Shown: positions 1 to 10,490, numbered from the stretch's first letter. The stretch: DNA of 64,000 nt from Nitrospinaceae bacterium (GCA_046754465.1 JBHHVU010000001.1:64001-128000), one strand, 5' to 3'. Notes: generated from the letters alone by a model not told the origin. Made by a program: numbers and translations.

Positions 1-2059
1 GGAAAAAAGGCTGATCAATATCATCAATGTGAATGACCCCGACGAGTTGAACAAATACCACCCCGGCCTTCGATTCAACGATGCCCGGGACGCTCAAACC
101 CAAACCCGCACCGTCTCCCTGCTGACCCTTCCCCTGCTTCATGAAAGCGGGCTGATGGGGGTGCTTCAATTGATCAACAAGAAAAACAAGGACGGATTTA
201 ACGGGTGGGATGAAAACAATGCCTTCATTCTCACGGAGACCCTGGCCCAGGCCATTAAAAATCTGGGGAATACTATCGAGCCCGTTTCCAGCCCATATTC
301 TTTTTTGATTCAAAACGGATTTTTAACACCGGATGAACTGGCCAAGACCCGGGCTCAATCCAACAAAACCGGGAAAGAGATCGAAGACCTGTTGATCAAC
401 GATTTGTACCTGAGCCCGCTTCATGTGGGGAAATCGCTGGAAAGTTTTTTTAACGTCCCCTATGTGGGGTACGATGAATCCCTCGTCCTGCCCAGGGCGA
501 AAGATCTGGGACTGGAAATCGATTCTCTCCGGGGACAGAACTGGGTTCCCCTGAAATATGACGAAACCGAGGTGATCGTTCTTATCGATGACCCTTCCGA
601 TCCAATCCGGATAGAAAAAATCGGCAAAATGTTTCCAGAGAAAGAGATTCAGGTCCGGGTGGGTTTAAAACGGGATATCAAAAACTATATCAACTCATTT
701 TTCGAGGTGGAACGGGTGCCGCAATCACAGGAGACTGAAATTCCGAGCACGGAAACTAAAATCCCGGATGAAACGGATCATCTGGATGCCCTTGTCGAAC
801 CCGAAAGCAGCGAACCCACTTTCCATGCGGCCGCGGAAACCACTCCCACGGCGGAAAGCCTGTTCGAAGAAATCATTTCCATCGCCATCAAACAGGGCGT
901 TTCCGATATCCATATCGAACCGGGAATGGAAGGCCGGAATATTCTGGTTCGGCTCAGGAAGGAAGGGGCCATCCGGGTTTTCGAGGAAATACCCGCCACG
1001 TTTCAAAAGGATATTGTCGCGCATATCAAAAAACTGGCCCATCTGGATCTCTCAATAACGAAACTGCCTCAAAAAGGCAAACTGGAAAAAATCCATGGTC
1101 CCAACAGATTCGAACTCCAGGTCGTTGTATTTCCCACCATCGGGGACATAGAAGACACCATGATCCGGGTCGTCCGGGTCGGCAAGCCCGTCCCCTGCTA
1201 CAACCCGGTGGACCAACTGGGATTTTCCGAACCCAACCTGGATAAAATCCTAACCCGGCTGCATACGCCAAAGGGACTTGTTCTCGTGGTGGGTCCCCCG
1301 GGAGCCGGGAAAACCACTTCTCTTCATTCCTTCATCGGTCATATCAACACTCCCGACAAAAAAATCCTGGCGGCCGAAGACCCCGTGGAAATCGTGCAGC
1401 AGGGAATGCGGCAAATCCAGATCGACAACGAAGTGGGCTTGAACTATGCCTGTGCCCTGGAGACTTTCATGATCGGGAACCCGGATGTCATCCTGGCTGG
1501 GGAGATCACCGACGCGAAGGCCTTTGAATTGTGCCTGGAAGCCGCCGGCCAGCATCTGGTCTTCAGCGCCTTGAACGCCAATTCCGCGCTGGACGCAGTT
1601 CGACAAATGCGGGAAATGGATCTCGATCAGGCCCGGCTGGCCGAGGTCATGGTGTTGATCGTAGCCCAGAAACTGGTACCCTCCCTCTGCCCCCATTGCA
1701 AGGAGGATACCCATCCGTCGCGGGAGGAATTCGATACCCTGGTCAAATTTTACAGCGAAAAATATTTTTACGAGTTGGGCATCGAATATAGCGAAAACCT
1801 GCGTCTGAAAAAGGCGGTGGGGTGCAAACAATGCATCTTTTCCGGTTATTCCGAAGGGATCCCCCTAAGTGAAGTCCTGGAACGGTCCCCCGCCCTCACC
1901 CCCTTGATCGCCAATAAAGCGCCGATGGAGGAAATTCGTTACCAGGTCATCAAGGATGGGATGATGACGTTGAATCAGGATGGCATTTACAAGGTATTAA
2001 AGGGAGATTGCGATTTCAAGAAAATCCAGGCGGCGTTTTTCCCGGGGGTGGAAGGCTAA
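1..2059 (+). CDS. GAF + GspE/PilB-family secretion ATPase-like protein (5' end outside window; motifs degenerate)
   Basis: Frame is open to the window start. GAF-like end (TVSLLTLPL...GVLQLINK), SDIHIEP, Walker A GPPGAGKT, EDPVE, CPHC/CKQC zinc motif. Confidence 0.85.
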   Translation, partial: EKRLINIINVNDPDELNKYHPGLRFNDARDAQTQTRTVSLLTLPLLHESGLMGVLQLINKKNKDGFNGWDENNAFILTETLAQAIKNLGNTIEPVSSPYSFLIQNGFLTPDELAKTRAQSNKTGKEIEDLLINDLYLSPLHVGKSLESFFNVPYVGYDESLVLPRAKDLGLEIDSLRGQNWVPLKYDETEVIVLIDDPSDPIRIEKIGKMFPEKEIQVRVGLKRDIKNYINSFFEVERVPQSQETEIPSTETKIPDETDHLDALVEPESSEPTFHAAAETTPTAESLFEEIISIAIKQGVSDIHIEPGMEGRNILVRLRKEGAIRVFEEIPATFQKDIVAHIKKLAHLDLSITKLPQKGKLEKIHGPNRFELQVVVFPTIGDIEDTMIRVVRVGKPVPCYNPVDQLGFSEPNLDKILTRLHTPKGLVLVVGPPGAGKTTSLHSFIGHINTPDKKILAAEDPVEIVQQGMRQIQIDNEVGLNYACALETFMIGNPDVILAGEITDAKAFELCLEAAGQHLVFSALNANSALDAVRQMREMDLDQARLAEVMVLIVAQKLVPSLCPHCKEDTHPSREEFDTLVKFYSEKYFYELGIEYSENLRLKKAVGCKQCIFSGYSEGIPLSEVLERSPALTPLIANKAPMEEIRYQVIKDGMMTLNQDGIYKVLKGDCDFKKIQAAFFPGVEG

Positions 2060-3402
2060 ACAGCGGAGTCAACCGGTTCCCCCAAGGTCTCCATCCAGCG
2101 GGATAAATTTTCCAAGGCGCCCTCGACGATTTTCCGGTTTCTCACCTTTTTATCCCGAATCCCCATCTCCTTCACCAAAAACAGGCCAAAATTAATGTTC
2201 ATAGGCTGGTAAGCCGTGGGGCGCTGGGTCGTGACGTAATTATGCAGCGACCCCATCGCCGTTTCCATGGGCGGGGGAAGGAATTTTTCCCCTTTCAGTT
2301 TTTTGATCGCGCTCAAACCGGCCAGCAATCCCATCGTGGCGGATTCGACATAACCTTCCACCCCCACGATCTGGCCCGCGAAAAAGATTCCCGGGCGGTG
2401 TTTTAGATCCAGATCCCGGCTGAGCAGGCTGGGTGCGTTAATGAAGGTGTTGCGGTGAATGGCCCCGTAACGGAAAAATTCCGCCCTCTCCAAACCCGGG
2501 ATCATCGTGAACACTCTTTTCTGTTCGGGATAGGTCAACTTGGTCTGGAACCCGACCAGGTTATAGGCGGTTCCCTCCTTATTTTCCCGCCGCAGCTGAA
2601 CCACGGCGTGCGCCCGTTTCCCGGTTTCGGGATGCAGCAAACCGACGGGTTTGAGGGCGCCGAAAGCCAGGGTTTTTTCTCCCCGGGCGGCCAATTCCTC
2701 GATCGGCATGCACCCCTCGAAATAGATGGGCTTTTCAAAGGACGCGAAAGGGACCTTTTCGGCGTGAACCAGCTCGTGAACCAGGTTCTGATATTGCTCC
2801 CGATTCATGGGGCAATTCAAATAATCATCGCTCCCCTTGTTGTACCGGGAAGCAAAAAACGTTTTGCTGGTGTCGATGGTATTGGCATCGACGATGGGGG
2901 ATAGGGCGTCGTAAAAATAAAGGTATTTCTGGCCGATGAGTTCGGAAATCCGGCTCGAGAGCCGGGGGGATGTGAGGGGCCCCGTGCAAATGATCACCGG
3001 CCCCTGTTCCGGAATCTCGATCTTCTCTTCCCGTTTCAAGGTGATATTGGGATGTTCGATGATTTTCCGGGTGATCTCGCGCGAAAATAGGTCCCGGTCC
3101 ACCGCAAGCGCGGCCCCTGCGGGCACGGCATTTTTGTCCGCCGCGGCGATCACCAGGGAATTGAATTTTCTCAATTCCTCCTTCAAAAGATAGGGGGCGG
3201 TGTGGGGGTGGTTATTTCCCAGGGAGTTGCTGCAAACCAGTTCGGCGCATTGGTCGGTTTTATGCACCGGTGTAGGAGTACGGGAACGCATCTCGTACAA
3301 AACAACAGGCACACCTCTTTCGGCCGCCTGCCAGGCCGCTTCGGAACCGGCCAGCCCCCCTCCGATGATGGTCAAATAATTATTCACGGTAACGGGCCTC
3401 AA
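2056..3402 (-). CDS. trmFO: tRNA (uracil-5-)-methyltransferase TrmFO/Gid
   Basis: IIGGGLAGSEAAWQ, ELVCSNS, FEGCMPIE, AGQIVGVEGY; follows topA. Confidence 0.97.
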   Translation of the reverse strand: MRPVTVNNYLTIIGGGLAGSEAAWQAAERGVPVVLYEMRSRTPTPVHKTDQCAELVCSNSLGNNHPHTAPYLLKEELRKFNSLVIAAADKNAVPAGAALAVDRDLFSREITRKIIEHPNITLKREEKIEIPEQGPVIICTGPLTSPRLSSRISELIGQKYLYFYDALSPIVDANTIDTSKTFFASRYNKGSDDYLNCPMNREQYQNLVHELVHAEKVPFASFEKPIYFEGCMPIEELAARGEKTLAFGALKPVGLLHPETGKRAHAVVQLRRENKEGTAYNLVGFQTKLTYPEQKRVFTMIPGLERAEFFRYGAIHRNTFINAPSLLSRDLDLKHRPGIFFAGQIVGVEGYVESATMGLLAGLSAIKKLKGEKFLPPPMETAMGSLHNYVTTQRPTAYQPMNINFGLFLVKEMGIRDKKVRNRKIVEGALENLSRWMETLGEPVDSAV

Positions 3403-5651
3403 GCGGCCGCGTGTGCTTTTTTAAATCCGCATTTCGGGCATACGATGGACAGCGTCTTGTCTTTTTTCCATTTTTCGACCATGAACGGGTGGCTGCATTC
3501 GGGACATGCTTCCCCGACGGGTTTTTCCCAGGAAACGAACTTGCATTTGGGATACTGGTTGCAGCCATAAAAGGTTCTGCCCTTTTTCGTCCTTCGCGGA
3601 GATATCTCTCCTTTACACCCCTCTTCGGGACAAGCGATTCCCAGCCCGATGGGTTTGGTAAACTTGCATTCAGGATACTTGGAGCAGGCGATGAATTTAC
3701 CAAACCGCCCGCGTTTCATGATCAGGGGCGCGCCGCATTGTTCGCAGTCGCCTTCCACTTCCTCCACCGCCCCGCCGTTGTCACCGGATGAATCATCGCC
3801 AAGATCCCGCGTATTCTTGCAATCGGGATATCCCGAGCAGGCCATGAATTTTCCAAACCGGCCCCACTTGATGATCATGGGCTTGGCGCATTTTTCACAG
3901 ATCTCGTCGGTTTCCTCGACCTGGCTTTTAATATCCTTCATTTTCTTTTCCGCCTGTTCCAGATCGACCTTAAAAGGATCGTAAAAGGCTTTGAGGGCAT
4001 TCACCCAGTTCATCTTCCCATCTTCGATTTCGTCCAACTGGTCTTCCATTTTGGCGGTGAATTCGGTATTCATGATGTCGGGAAAATTTTCCACCAGCAT
4101 GTCAGAAACCAGAAACCCCAGTTCCGAGGGATGCAGCCTTCGCTCCTTCGACCGGATATAATCCCGGTCCTTGATCACGCTGATGATGGACGCGTAGGTG
4201 CTGGGCCGTCCCACTCCTTTTTCTTCCAACTCCTTCACCAGCATGGCTTCGGTATACCGGGGCGGCGGTTGGGTAAAATGCTGTTCGGGAAGAATTTTGG
4301 ACAGGTTCAAGACCTCCCCAGCTTCGAGTGGGGGCAGAAGACGGTCGGTTTTCCCCTGCCCATTTTGGGAGGTCTCCTCGGTATCCTCCACATACACCTT
4401 CATGAACCCGGCGAATTTCAGAATGGACCCGTTGGCCCGGAAAAGGTATTGCCCGGTTTCGATATCGAACGAAGTCGTATCCATGACCGCGGGGACCATC
4501 TGGCAAGACACGAACCGGGACCAGATCAATTGATACAAATTGAACGTGTCCTTTTCCAAATATTCCTTGAGGTCCTTGGGATCCAGCATGACATCGGTCG
4601 GCCGGATGGCTTCGTGCGCATCCTGGGCGGATTTCTTACTCTTATAATAGTTGGGCGATTCAGGAAGATATTCTTTCCCAAACCGCGAGGGGATCAATTT
4701 TCGAACTTCATCCAGAGCCTCGGAAGAAAGCCGGACGGAATCGGTCCGCATGTACGTGATCAGTCCCACGGTTCCCCGGGCGCCCAGGGACAGCCCTTCG
4801 TACAGTTTCTGGGCCAGCATCATGGTCTTTTTAGGGGAAAAATTCAGTTTCCGGGAAGCTTCCTGCTGCAGGGTGCTGGTGATGAACGGGGCTGCGGGGT
4901 AGCGTTTCCTTTCCTTCTTTTCAACCTTTTTCAGGACAGGACGGGAACCTTCAACATCCTTTACAATCCTGTCGGCTCCTTCCTGGTTGGAAACTTCCGC
5001 CTTCTGTCCGCCAATTTTAAATAATTTTGCCTCGAAGGGCGGTGGAACCCGGCCCTCCAGATCCAAGGTGATGGACCAGTATTCTTTAGGCTGAAATTTT
5101 TGGATTTCTTTTTCCCGGTCGCAAACCATGCGGAGAGCGACCGATTGCACCCTTCCCGCGCTCAAGCCGCGGTGGATTTTTTTCCACAAAAGGGGACTGA
5201 TTTTATAGCCGACCAGGCGGTCGAGGATTCTCCGGGCCTGCTGGGCGTTTACTTTGTTCAGATTCAGCTGGGTCGGGTTTTTCAAGGCTTCCTTCACGGC
5301 CTTTTTGGTGATCTCGTTAAAAGTAATCCGGAAAATTTCCCCCTGGCTGAATCGGGCTACCTCGTTTCCGATGTGGTGGGCGATGGCCTCGCCCTCCCGG
5401 TCCGGGTCGGGAGCGAGATAAATCTTTTCCGCTTTTTTGGCCGCGGCCTTCAATTCGCTGAGAATTTTTCCCTTGCCCCGGATCGTGATGTATTCGGGAG
5501 CAAAGTCATTATCCACATCCACCCCCAGTTTCTTTTTCGGAAGATCCTTGAGATGACCCACCGAGGCTTTGATGACAAAATCTTTCCCGACAATCTTCTT
5601 CAGGGTATTTACTTTGGTGGGTGACTCTACGATCAACAACGATTTACCCAT
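3399..5651 (-). CDS. topA: DNA topoisomerase I with C-terminal Zn ribbons
   Basis: IVESPTK, DPDREGE, SAGRVQS, LITYMRTDS, repeated C4 zinc ribbons. Confidence 0.98.
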   Translation of the reverse strand: MGKSLLIVESPTKVNTLKKIVGKDFVIKASVGHLKDLPKKKLGVDVDNDFAPEYITIRGKGKILSELKAAAKKAEKIYLAPDPDREGEAIAHHIGNEVARFSQGEIFRITFNEITKKAVKEALKNPTQLNLNKVNAQQARRILDRLVGYKISPLLWKKIHRGLSAGRVQSVALRMVCDREKEIQKFQPKEYWSITLDLEGRVPPPFEAKLFKIGGQKAEVSNQEGADRIVKDVEGSRPVLKKVEKKERKRYPAAPFITSTLQQEASRKLNFSPKKTMMLAQKLYEGLSLGARGTVGLITYMRTDSVRLSSEALDEVRKLIPSRFGKEYLPESPNYYKSKKSAQDAHEAIRPTDVMLDPKDLKEYLEKDTFNLYQLIWSRFVSCQMVPAVMDTTSFDIETGQYLFRANGSILKFAGFMKVYVEDTEETSQNGQGKTDRLLPPLEAGEVLNLSKILPEQHFTQPPPRYTEAMLVKELEEKGVGRPSTYASIISVIKDRDYIRSKERRLHPSELGFLVSDMLVENFPDIMNTEFTAKMEDQLDEIEDGKMNWVNALKAFYDPFKVDLEQAEKKMKDIKSQVEETDEICEKCAKPMIIKWGRFGKFMACSGYPDCKNTRDLGDDSSGDNGGAVEEVEGDCEQCGAPLIMKRGRFGKFIACSKYPECKFTKPIGLGIACPEEGCKGEISPRRTKKGRTFYGCNQYPKCKFVSWEKPVGEACPECSHPFMVEKWKKDKTLSIVCPKCGFKKAHAAA

Positions 5652-5666
5652 AACACCTCGCTTCCG

Positions 5667-6776
5667 CTAGTTGTCGCTACAGTTGGCGATAAACATTTTG
5701 CCATCCATTTGTCTGACCAAGCCTCGCAATTCCAACTCAACCAGTGTAGCCGAAACTTCCGCCGGTGACAATCGGCTGTTTTCGATGAGGCTGTCGATAT
5801 GTTTTTCCTCGTGGATCAAAAGAGAGATGATCCGGCGTTCCTTATCGGAAAGGTCCGGGGAAATCCTTACTTCGGAGCCTGCCCTTTTTTTGAGCCGGGC
5901 TCGAACGGATTCGGGCAATTCCTCAAGAATGGATTCGGGACCCTCCACCAGCTTGGCCCCCGCCTGGATCAAACCGTTGGTTCCCCGGCTTCCGGGAGCG
6001 GTGATGTTGCCGGGAACCGCAAAGACCTCCCTCCCCTGTTCGAGCGCAAACTGCGTGGTGATCAAAGCGCCGCTCTTTTCCCCCGCCTCAACGACCAGCG
6101 TGCCGTAAGACAGGCCGCTGATGATCCGGTTCCTCGCCGGAAAATTGTTTCGTTCCGGGCGCATCGTGACGGGAAATTCCGAAACGATCGTTCCGTTTTC
6201 CAAGATCTTTTCCCGCAAACGCCGATTCTCCGGCGGATAAGTATGGGACAAACCACATCCGAATACCGCCACGGTGGTTCCCCCAAACTCCATCGCGGCC
6301 CGGTGAGCCACGGTGTCAATGCCCCGGGCCATTCCGCTGACAATGCAAACGCCTATCGATGCCATGCGTCCGCAAATCCTTTCGGTCACGATCCTGCCAT
6401 AATGGCTGACCGACCGGGTACCCACCACCGCCAGGGGCACGGGGTACTGATCCAAACGCTTGCCCTGACAATACAGAACCGGGGGCGGATCATAGATCGA
6501 CTTGAGCAGCTCGGGATATTCCGGACTTTCAAGGGTAACAATACGCAAGCCCAGTTTTTCCACCAGGCGGAACTCTCTATCCACATTTCTATCGACATCG
6601 AACTGGAGAATTTCAGCAGCGATCTTTTCTCCAATGCCCCCGACCCTCCTCAACTCGCCAGGACTGGACCGGAAAACACGGTCCGGGGAACCCATGGAAT
6701 TCACCAGGCGGTGAAACAGGGTCTTCCCTACCCCCAGAACCATATTCAATGCAACCCAGTGCCTTGTCCTGTCCAT
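5667..6776 (-). CDS. dprA: DNA-processing protein DprA
   Basis: AVVGTR, VSGMARGID, FPARNRIISGLS, SGALIT, VFAVPG; dprA-topA-trmFO synteny. Confidence 0.97.
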   Translation of the reverse strand: MDRTRHWVALNMVLGVGKTLFHRLVNSMGSPDRVFRSSPGELRRVGGIGEKIAAEILQFDVDRNVDREFRLVEKLGLRIVTLESPEYPELLKSIYDPPPVLYCQGKRLDQYPVPLAVVGTRSVSHYGRIVTERICGRMASIGVCIVSGMARGIDTVAHRAAMEFGGTTVAVFGCGLSHTYPPENRRLREKILENGTIVSEFPVTMRPERNNFPARNRIISGLSYGTLVVEAGEKSGALITTQFALEQGREVFAVPGNITAPGSRGTNGLIQAGAKLVEGPESILEELPESVRARLKKRAGSEVRISPDLSDKERRIISLLIHEEKHIDSLIENSRLSPAEVSATLVELELRGLVRQMDGKMFIANCSDN

Positions 6777-6840
6777 GGAGTCTTGTGGATGAGCCGGAAT
6801 TTGAACCCTTTCCGGAGAATTCCGGTTCCGGATTTTCCCG

Positions 6841-7779
6841 TTACGGCAGGGTCTGAGATAATCCTTCCCTTCCGCTTCTTATAGAGGAAGCGGCGCGCTC
6901 CAGGGCAGCCACCGCCAAATTAAAATTGTAGACGGTTTCATAGTACCCCTGCAGGACGCGCGTGTAGATAATCAGAGCCTCAAAAAGGTCCTGCGAATCC
7001 CCTATCCCAAAATCGTAATTGGCCACTTCCGTGACCAGCAGAGCCCGGGTGATTTTCCTGCTCTGTTGCGCCAACTTCAACTTATCACTCGATTTTTGGA
7101 TCTCAATGAATGCCTTTTCCAGGACAAACAGGTCCTCTTCCTTCAACTGATGGGAAATTTTGCCGGGAATCTTGCCGGTAACGGGATCGGTTTCGGTATT
7201 TTCGCTCGCCAGGGAAGCCCCTCCGCCCTGAAAATGGAAATCTCGCAGGAATTCATCCAGATCCTTAAAGGGAAATGGGACGCGCCGGATGGATCTTTCC
7301 TCCATTTTGCTATCGGCCGAAACATCCAGTCCGGTCAGATTCCCCAGCCATAGTTTGGCGATGTGAATCTCATTTTTTAGATCGATGATGCTGTTCAGAG
7401 TGCCGTTCAATCCCAGTTTGAGTTTGGTGATATCCGATTGGGAAATGTCCTCCTCGCCGGAGTTGAACTTTTCCTCGGATTTCTTCACCGCTTTTTCAAA
7501 ATGCTTTTTTACTTCCTCGGCAATGTCCAGTTGTTCCAACTGATACTGGATTCGGTAGTAATATTTACGGGCCAGGTACTTCACCTCCCACGCCGGACGC
7601 AAATGGACTGATTGTTTTTGCAACGCCAGTCCAATCGTCTCCCGCAAGGGGGGAATGGACGGTTTTCCATCGGCTTCGACCCTTTGGGGAACCGCAAGCA
7701 TCAAAAAGAACCCCAGCATAACCAGGGATACCGTGTTCGAGGTTAACATTCCATTACAGAATTTGCTTTTTATTTTCAT
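6841..7779 (-). CDS. short TolC/outer-membrane-efflux-family-like protein
   Basis: Signal peptide; two OEP-type helical hairpins (YYRIQ...LGNLTG; NYDFGIGD...YNFNLAVAALERA); only 312 aa. Confidence 0.6.
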   Translation of the reverse strand: MKIKSKFCNGMLTSNTVSLVMLGFFLMLAVPQRVEADGKPSIPPLRETIGLALQKQSVHLRPAWEVKYLARKYYYRIQYQLEQLDIAEEVKKHFEKAVKKSEEKFNSGEEDISQSDITKLKLGLNGTLNSIIDLKNEIHIAKLWLGNLTGLDVSADSKMEERSIRRVPFPFKDLDEFLRDFHFQGGGASLASENTETDPVTGKIPGKISHQLKEEDLFVLEKAFIEIQKSSDKLKLAQQSRKITRALLVTEVANYDFGIGDSQDLFEALIIYTRVLQGYYETVYNFNLAVAALERAASSIRSGREGLSQTLP

Positions 7780-7849
7780 CTGTTCGAATCCATTTTTTCG
7801 GAGGACAGATTTTCAGGCAACCTTGAAAATTCATGGGAGATCAAAAGGA

Positions 7850-7965
7850 AAGCAAAAAGAAAGGGGCACTGAACTTCCAAAAAGAAACCTTGATGGCAAC
7901 CAAGACGATTCTTTTCTTCTAAAATGCCCTATACCTAGGACAGAAAGTTCAGCACCCCTAGGGGA
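7850..7965 (-). ncRNA. candidate structured small RNA or 5' leader (unassigned family)
   Basis: 17-bp closing stem (7862-7878 with 7943-7959, G-U pairs on minus strand only), two internal hairpins, U-rich tail, promoter just upstream. Confidence 0.5.
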
Positions 7966-7972
7966 TGTTGTG

Positions 7973-8001
7973 AAGTTATCATATGGCCTACCCCCTGTCA
8001 A
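7973..8001 (-). promoter_or_regulatory. sigma70-type promoter
   Basis: TTGACA-17 nt-TAACTT with TGn extended -10 on minus strand. Confidence 0.6.
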
Positions 8002-8222
8002 TACAATTCTAGGTCAGCGGGAGCCCGGACACCCGCCAGAAATAAAGTAATGTTTTTAATTTCAAGAGGTTATAAATCCTCCGGCCAACGCCTAAAAAGA
8101 GTGCAATATAATGCCTTATTTTTCAACAGTTTTCGAGTTTTTGGAAAGGAGCTGGAACCGTTCCGTCCGCCCACCGGCCTACAAAATATCCGTAACGTAC
8201 TACTTCTAAAAGGGTTACATGT

Positions 8223-9047
8223 TCAAATCACCTCGAAGGGTACGGGGATGAAGGTGAGCACGAAGATGATGATCGATACATATCCCAATACCCGGTGTTT
8301 TCTCTCGGGCAAGACGGTCTCATCCCCCAGAGGCGCTGGCCGGAACCCGATCAAGGTGATCATGAACGCCCAGAATAACCAGCCCGGCCAGAAGTAACCC
8401 AGGGGAAACAGCATCACGAAAAAAATCCTGGCCAAGAAATGATATCGGACCCGAAACAGCGCGTACACGATATGACCGCCGTCCAACTGACCGATCGGCA
8501 ATAAATTCAATGCCGTAACAAATAATCCGATCCAACCCGCGAAGGCGATGGGGTGAAATGCGATATTGACCTCGCTCGAAAGGGAGCTCACGCCGAGAAT
8601 CAGTTTTGAAAGTACCACTAAAATAATGGAACTGCCAAAAGTAAGACCGTGGATTCCTTCACCGGGGGAGATTTTGGACAAAAACAGTCCGAGAATCAAG
8701 GTCGGTACCGCGACGATGAACCCCGCGATGGGCCCGGCGGCGCCTATTTCCATCAATACCCGGCGGTTGGGGATCTTGTCCTTGATTTGAATGAAAGCGC
8801 CAAAGGTTCCAGCTATAAATACCGGCGGCGCGGGAATAAAATACGGCAGGGTGGCTCGAACATGGTTCCTCCGGCTCGCCCAGTAATGACCAAACTCGTG
8901 CGTCCCCAGAATGAGAAGCAGGCTTATGGAAAACAGGAATCCCCCTGCGAGATAAGTGGTGAACACCGTCCCGGCAAGAAGCAGGTAGAACGTGATCCAG
9001 TTTTTGAGACTCGGAGCTGAGGGAGACACGCGTTCTTCCAATTCCAC
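8223..9047 (-). CDS. site-2 protease (peptidase M50)
   Basis: HEFGH and NLLPIGQLDGGH motifs; multiple TM helices. Confidence 0.93.
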   Translation of the reverse strand: MELEERVSPSAPSLKNWITFYLLLAGTVFTTYLAGGFLFSISLLLILGTHEFGHYWASRRNHVRATLPYFIPAPPVFIAGTFGAFIQIKDKIPNRRVLMEIGAAGPIAGFIVAVPTLILGLFLSKISPGEGIHGLTFGSSIILVVLSKLILGVSSLSSEVNIAFHPIAFAGWIGLFVTALNLLPIGQLDGGHIVYALFRVRYHFLARIFFVMLFPLGYFWPGWLFWAFMITLIGFRPAPLGDETVLPERKHRVLGYVSIIIFVLTFIPVPFEVI

Positions 9048-9058
9048 GGGCTGACCGG

Positions 9059-10378
9059 TCAGCCTTGAATAGGCGATAAAGGTTTATGGGTGAATTCCCT
9101 GGCATTTTCTCCTGTATAATCTTCCACCGTTTGTCCATCCCCGATGAGTTGGTACTTATAGATCACCAGTCCTTCCAGACCGACCGGTCCGCGGGCGTGG
9201 GTTTTGTTGGTGCTGATACCGATTTCCGCCCCCAAACCGTAGCGGAATCCGTCGGCGAAACGGGTCGATGCGTTCCACATGACACTGGCGGAATCCACTT
9301 CATTGAGGAACATCCTGGCCTTGTCTTCATCCTCGGTGATGATCGAGTCGGTATGACCCGACCCATGGGTATTGATAAAATCGATGGCTTCCTTGACACC
9401 CTGCACCACCTTCATGGATAATTTAAGGTCGTTGTACTCCTCATCCCATTCATTTTCACCGGCCCTGGCTATTTCCGGGGCCAACTGACAAATTTTGTTG
9501 CATCCCACCAGTTCCACGCCTTCCTCCCGGAATTTCCGCACCAGGTCGGGCAGTATCTTTCCCGCGATCTTCTCATCGAGCAACAGGGTTTCCATGGCAT
9601 TGCAGGCGGCGGGGTACTGTAGTTTGGCGTCCAGAAGTATCCGGATCGCCTTGGCCATGTCCGCGCCGTCATCGACATAGCAATGACAGATGCCTTCCGA
9701 ATGGCCCAACACAGGAATTTTGGTATTTTCCTGAATATATTTGACGAAGGCATTGCTTCCCCTGGGAACAATAAGGTTGATGAACCGGTCCTCTTTCAGC
9801 ATTTCGGAGACTTCCGACCGTGTTTCGATCATTTGGATCCCCGCGAGGGGAACCCCGGGAACCTGGCCCATGGCGCTTACCAGAAGGGAAACGAGGACCT
9901 TATTGGTATTTTGCGCTTCCTTCCCCCCTTTAAGGATGACGGCGTTCCCCGATTTGAAACAAAGGGAGGCAATTTGCGGGATCGCGTCCGGCCGCGACTC
10001 AAAAATCGCGCCGATCACTCCGATCGGACAAGTCACCTGATGCAGGACCAGGTCCTTGTCCAGTTCAACGGTGTGTTTTTCCCGGCCCACCGGATCGGGA
10101 AGTTTCGCGACACTGAGGATTCCCCTTGCCATTCCGCGAATTTTCTCTTCATTCAGGGACAGCCGGGCAATCAGCGGACCGGGAATCGATTCCCTTTTGG
10201 CGGCTTCCAGGTCTTTCCGGTTGGCTTCCAGGATGGGACCGCTTAACCCCTCCAGGCTTTCGGCCATTTTTTCCAAGGCGCGGTTCTTGATATCCGTTGA
10301 CAACCGCGCCAATTTCAACGCAGCGGCCTTCGCCCTGGCGGCAATTTCTGAAACTGTCATATTTTCCATTTTATTCAT
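9059..10378 (-). CDS. proA: gamma-glutamyl phosphate reductase
   Basis: IFESRP, ACNAMETLL, NASTRFADG, GAEIGIST, HARGPVGLEGL. Confidence 0.97.
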   Translation of the reverse strand: MNKMENMTVSEIAARAKAAALKLARLSTDIKNRALEKMAESLEGLSGPILEANRKDLEAAKRESIPGPLIARLSLNEEKIRGMARGILSVAKLPDPVGREKHTVELDKDLVLHQVTCPIGVIGAIFESRPDAIPQIASLCFKSGNAVILKGGKEAQNTNKVLVSLLVSAMGQVPGVPLAGIQMIETRSEVSEMLKEDRFINLIVPRGSNAFVKYIQENTKIPVLGHSEGICHCYVDDGADMAKAIRILLDAKLQYPAACNAMETLLLDEKIAGKILPDLVRKFREEGVELVGCNKICQLAPEIARAGENEWDEEYNDLKLSMKVVQGVKEAIDFINTHGSGHTDSIITEDEDKARMFLNEVDSASVMWNASTRFADGFRYGLGAEIGISTNKTHARGPVGLEGLVIYKYQLIGDGQTVEDYTGENAREFTHKPLSPIQG

Positions 10379-10490
10379 CTCGACTCAATACGGGTTGGAA
10401 CATCGCCAAAACCGTTCCCGGTGGTTCGGAAAAGATTTTCCTGACCGCTTCCACGTTCGAGGCCCTTATCCTGTGAACCCCGGCCCACGA

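Noticed and set aside
7655..8397. Two plus-strand ORFs (131 and 115 aa)
   Set aside because: They overlap real minus-strand genes and the structured RNA/promoter, and have no protein-like features
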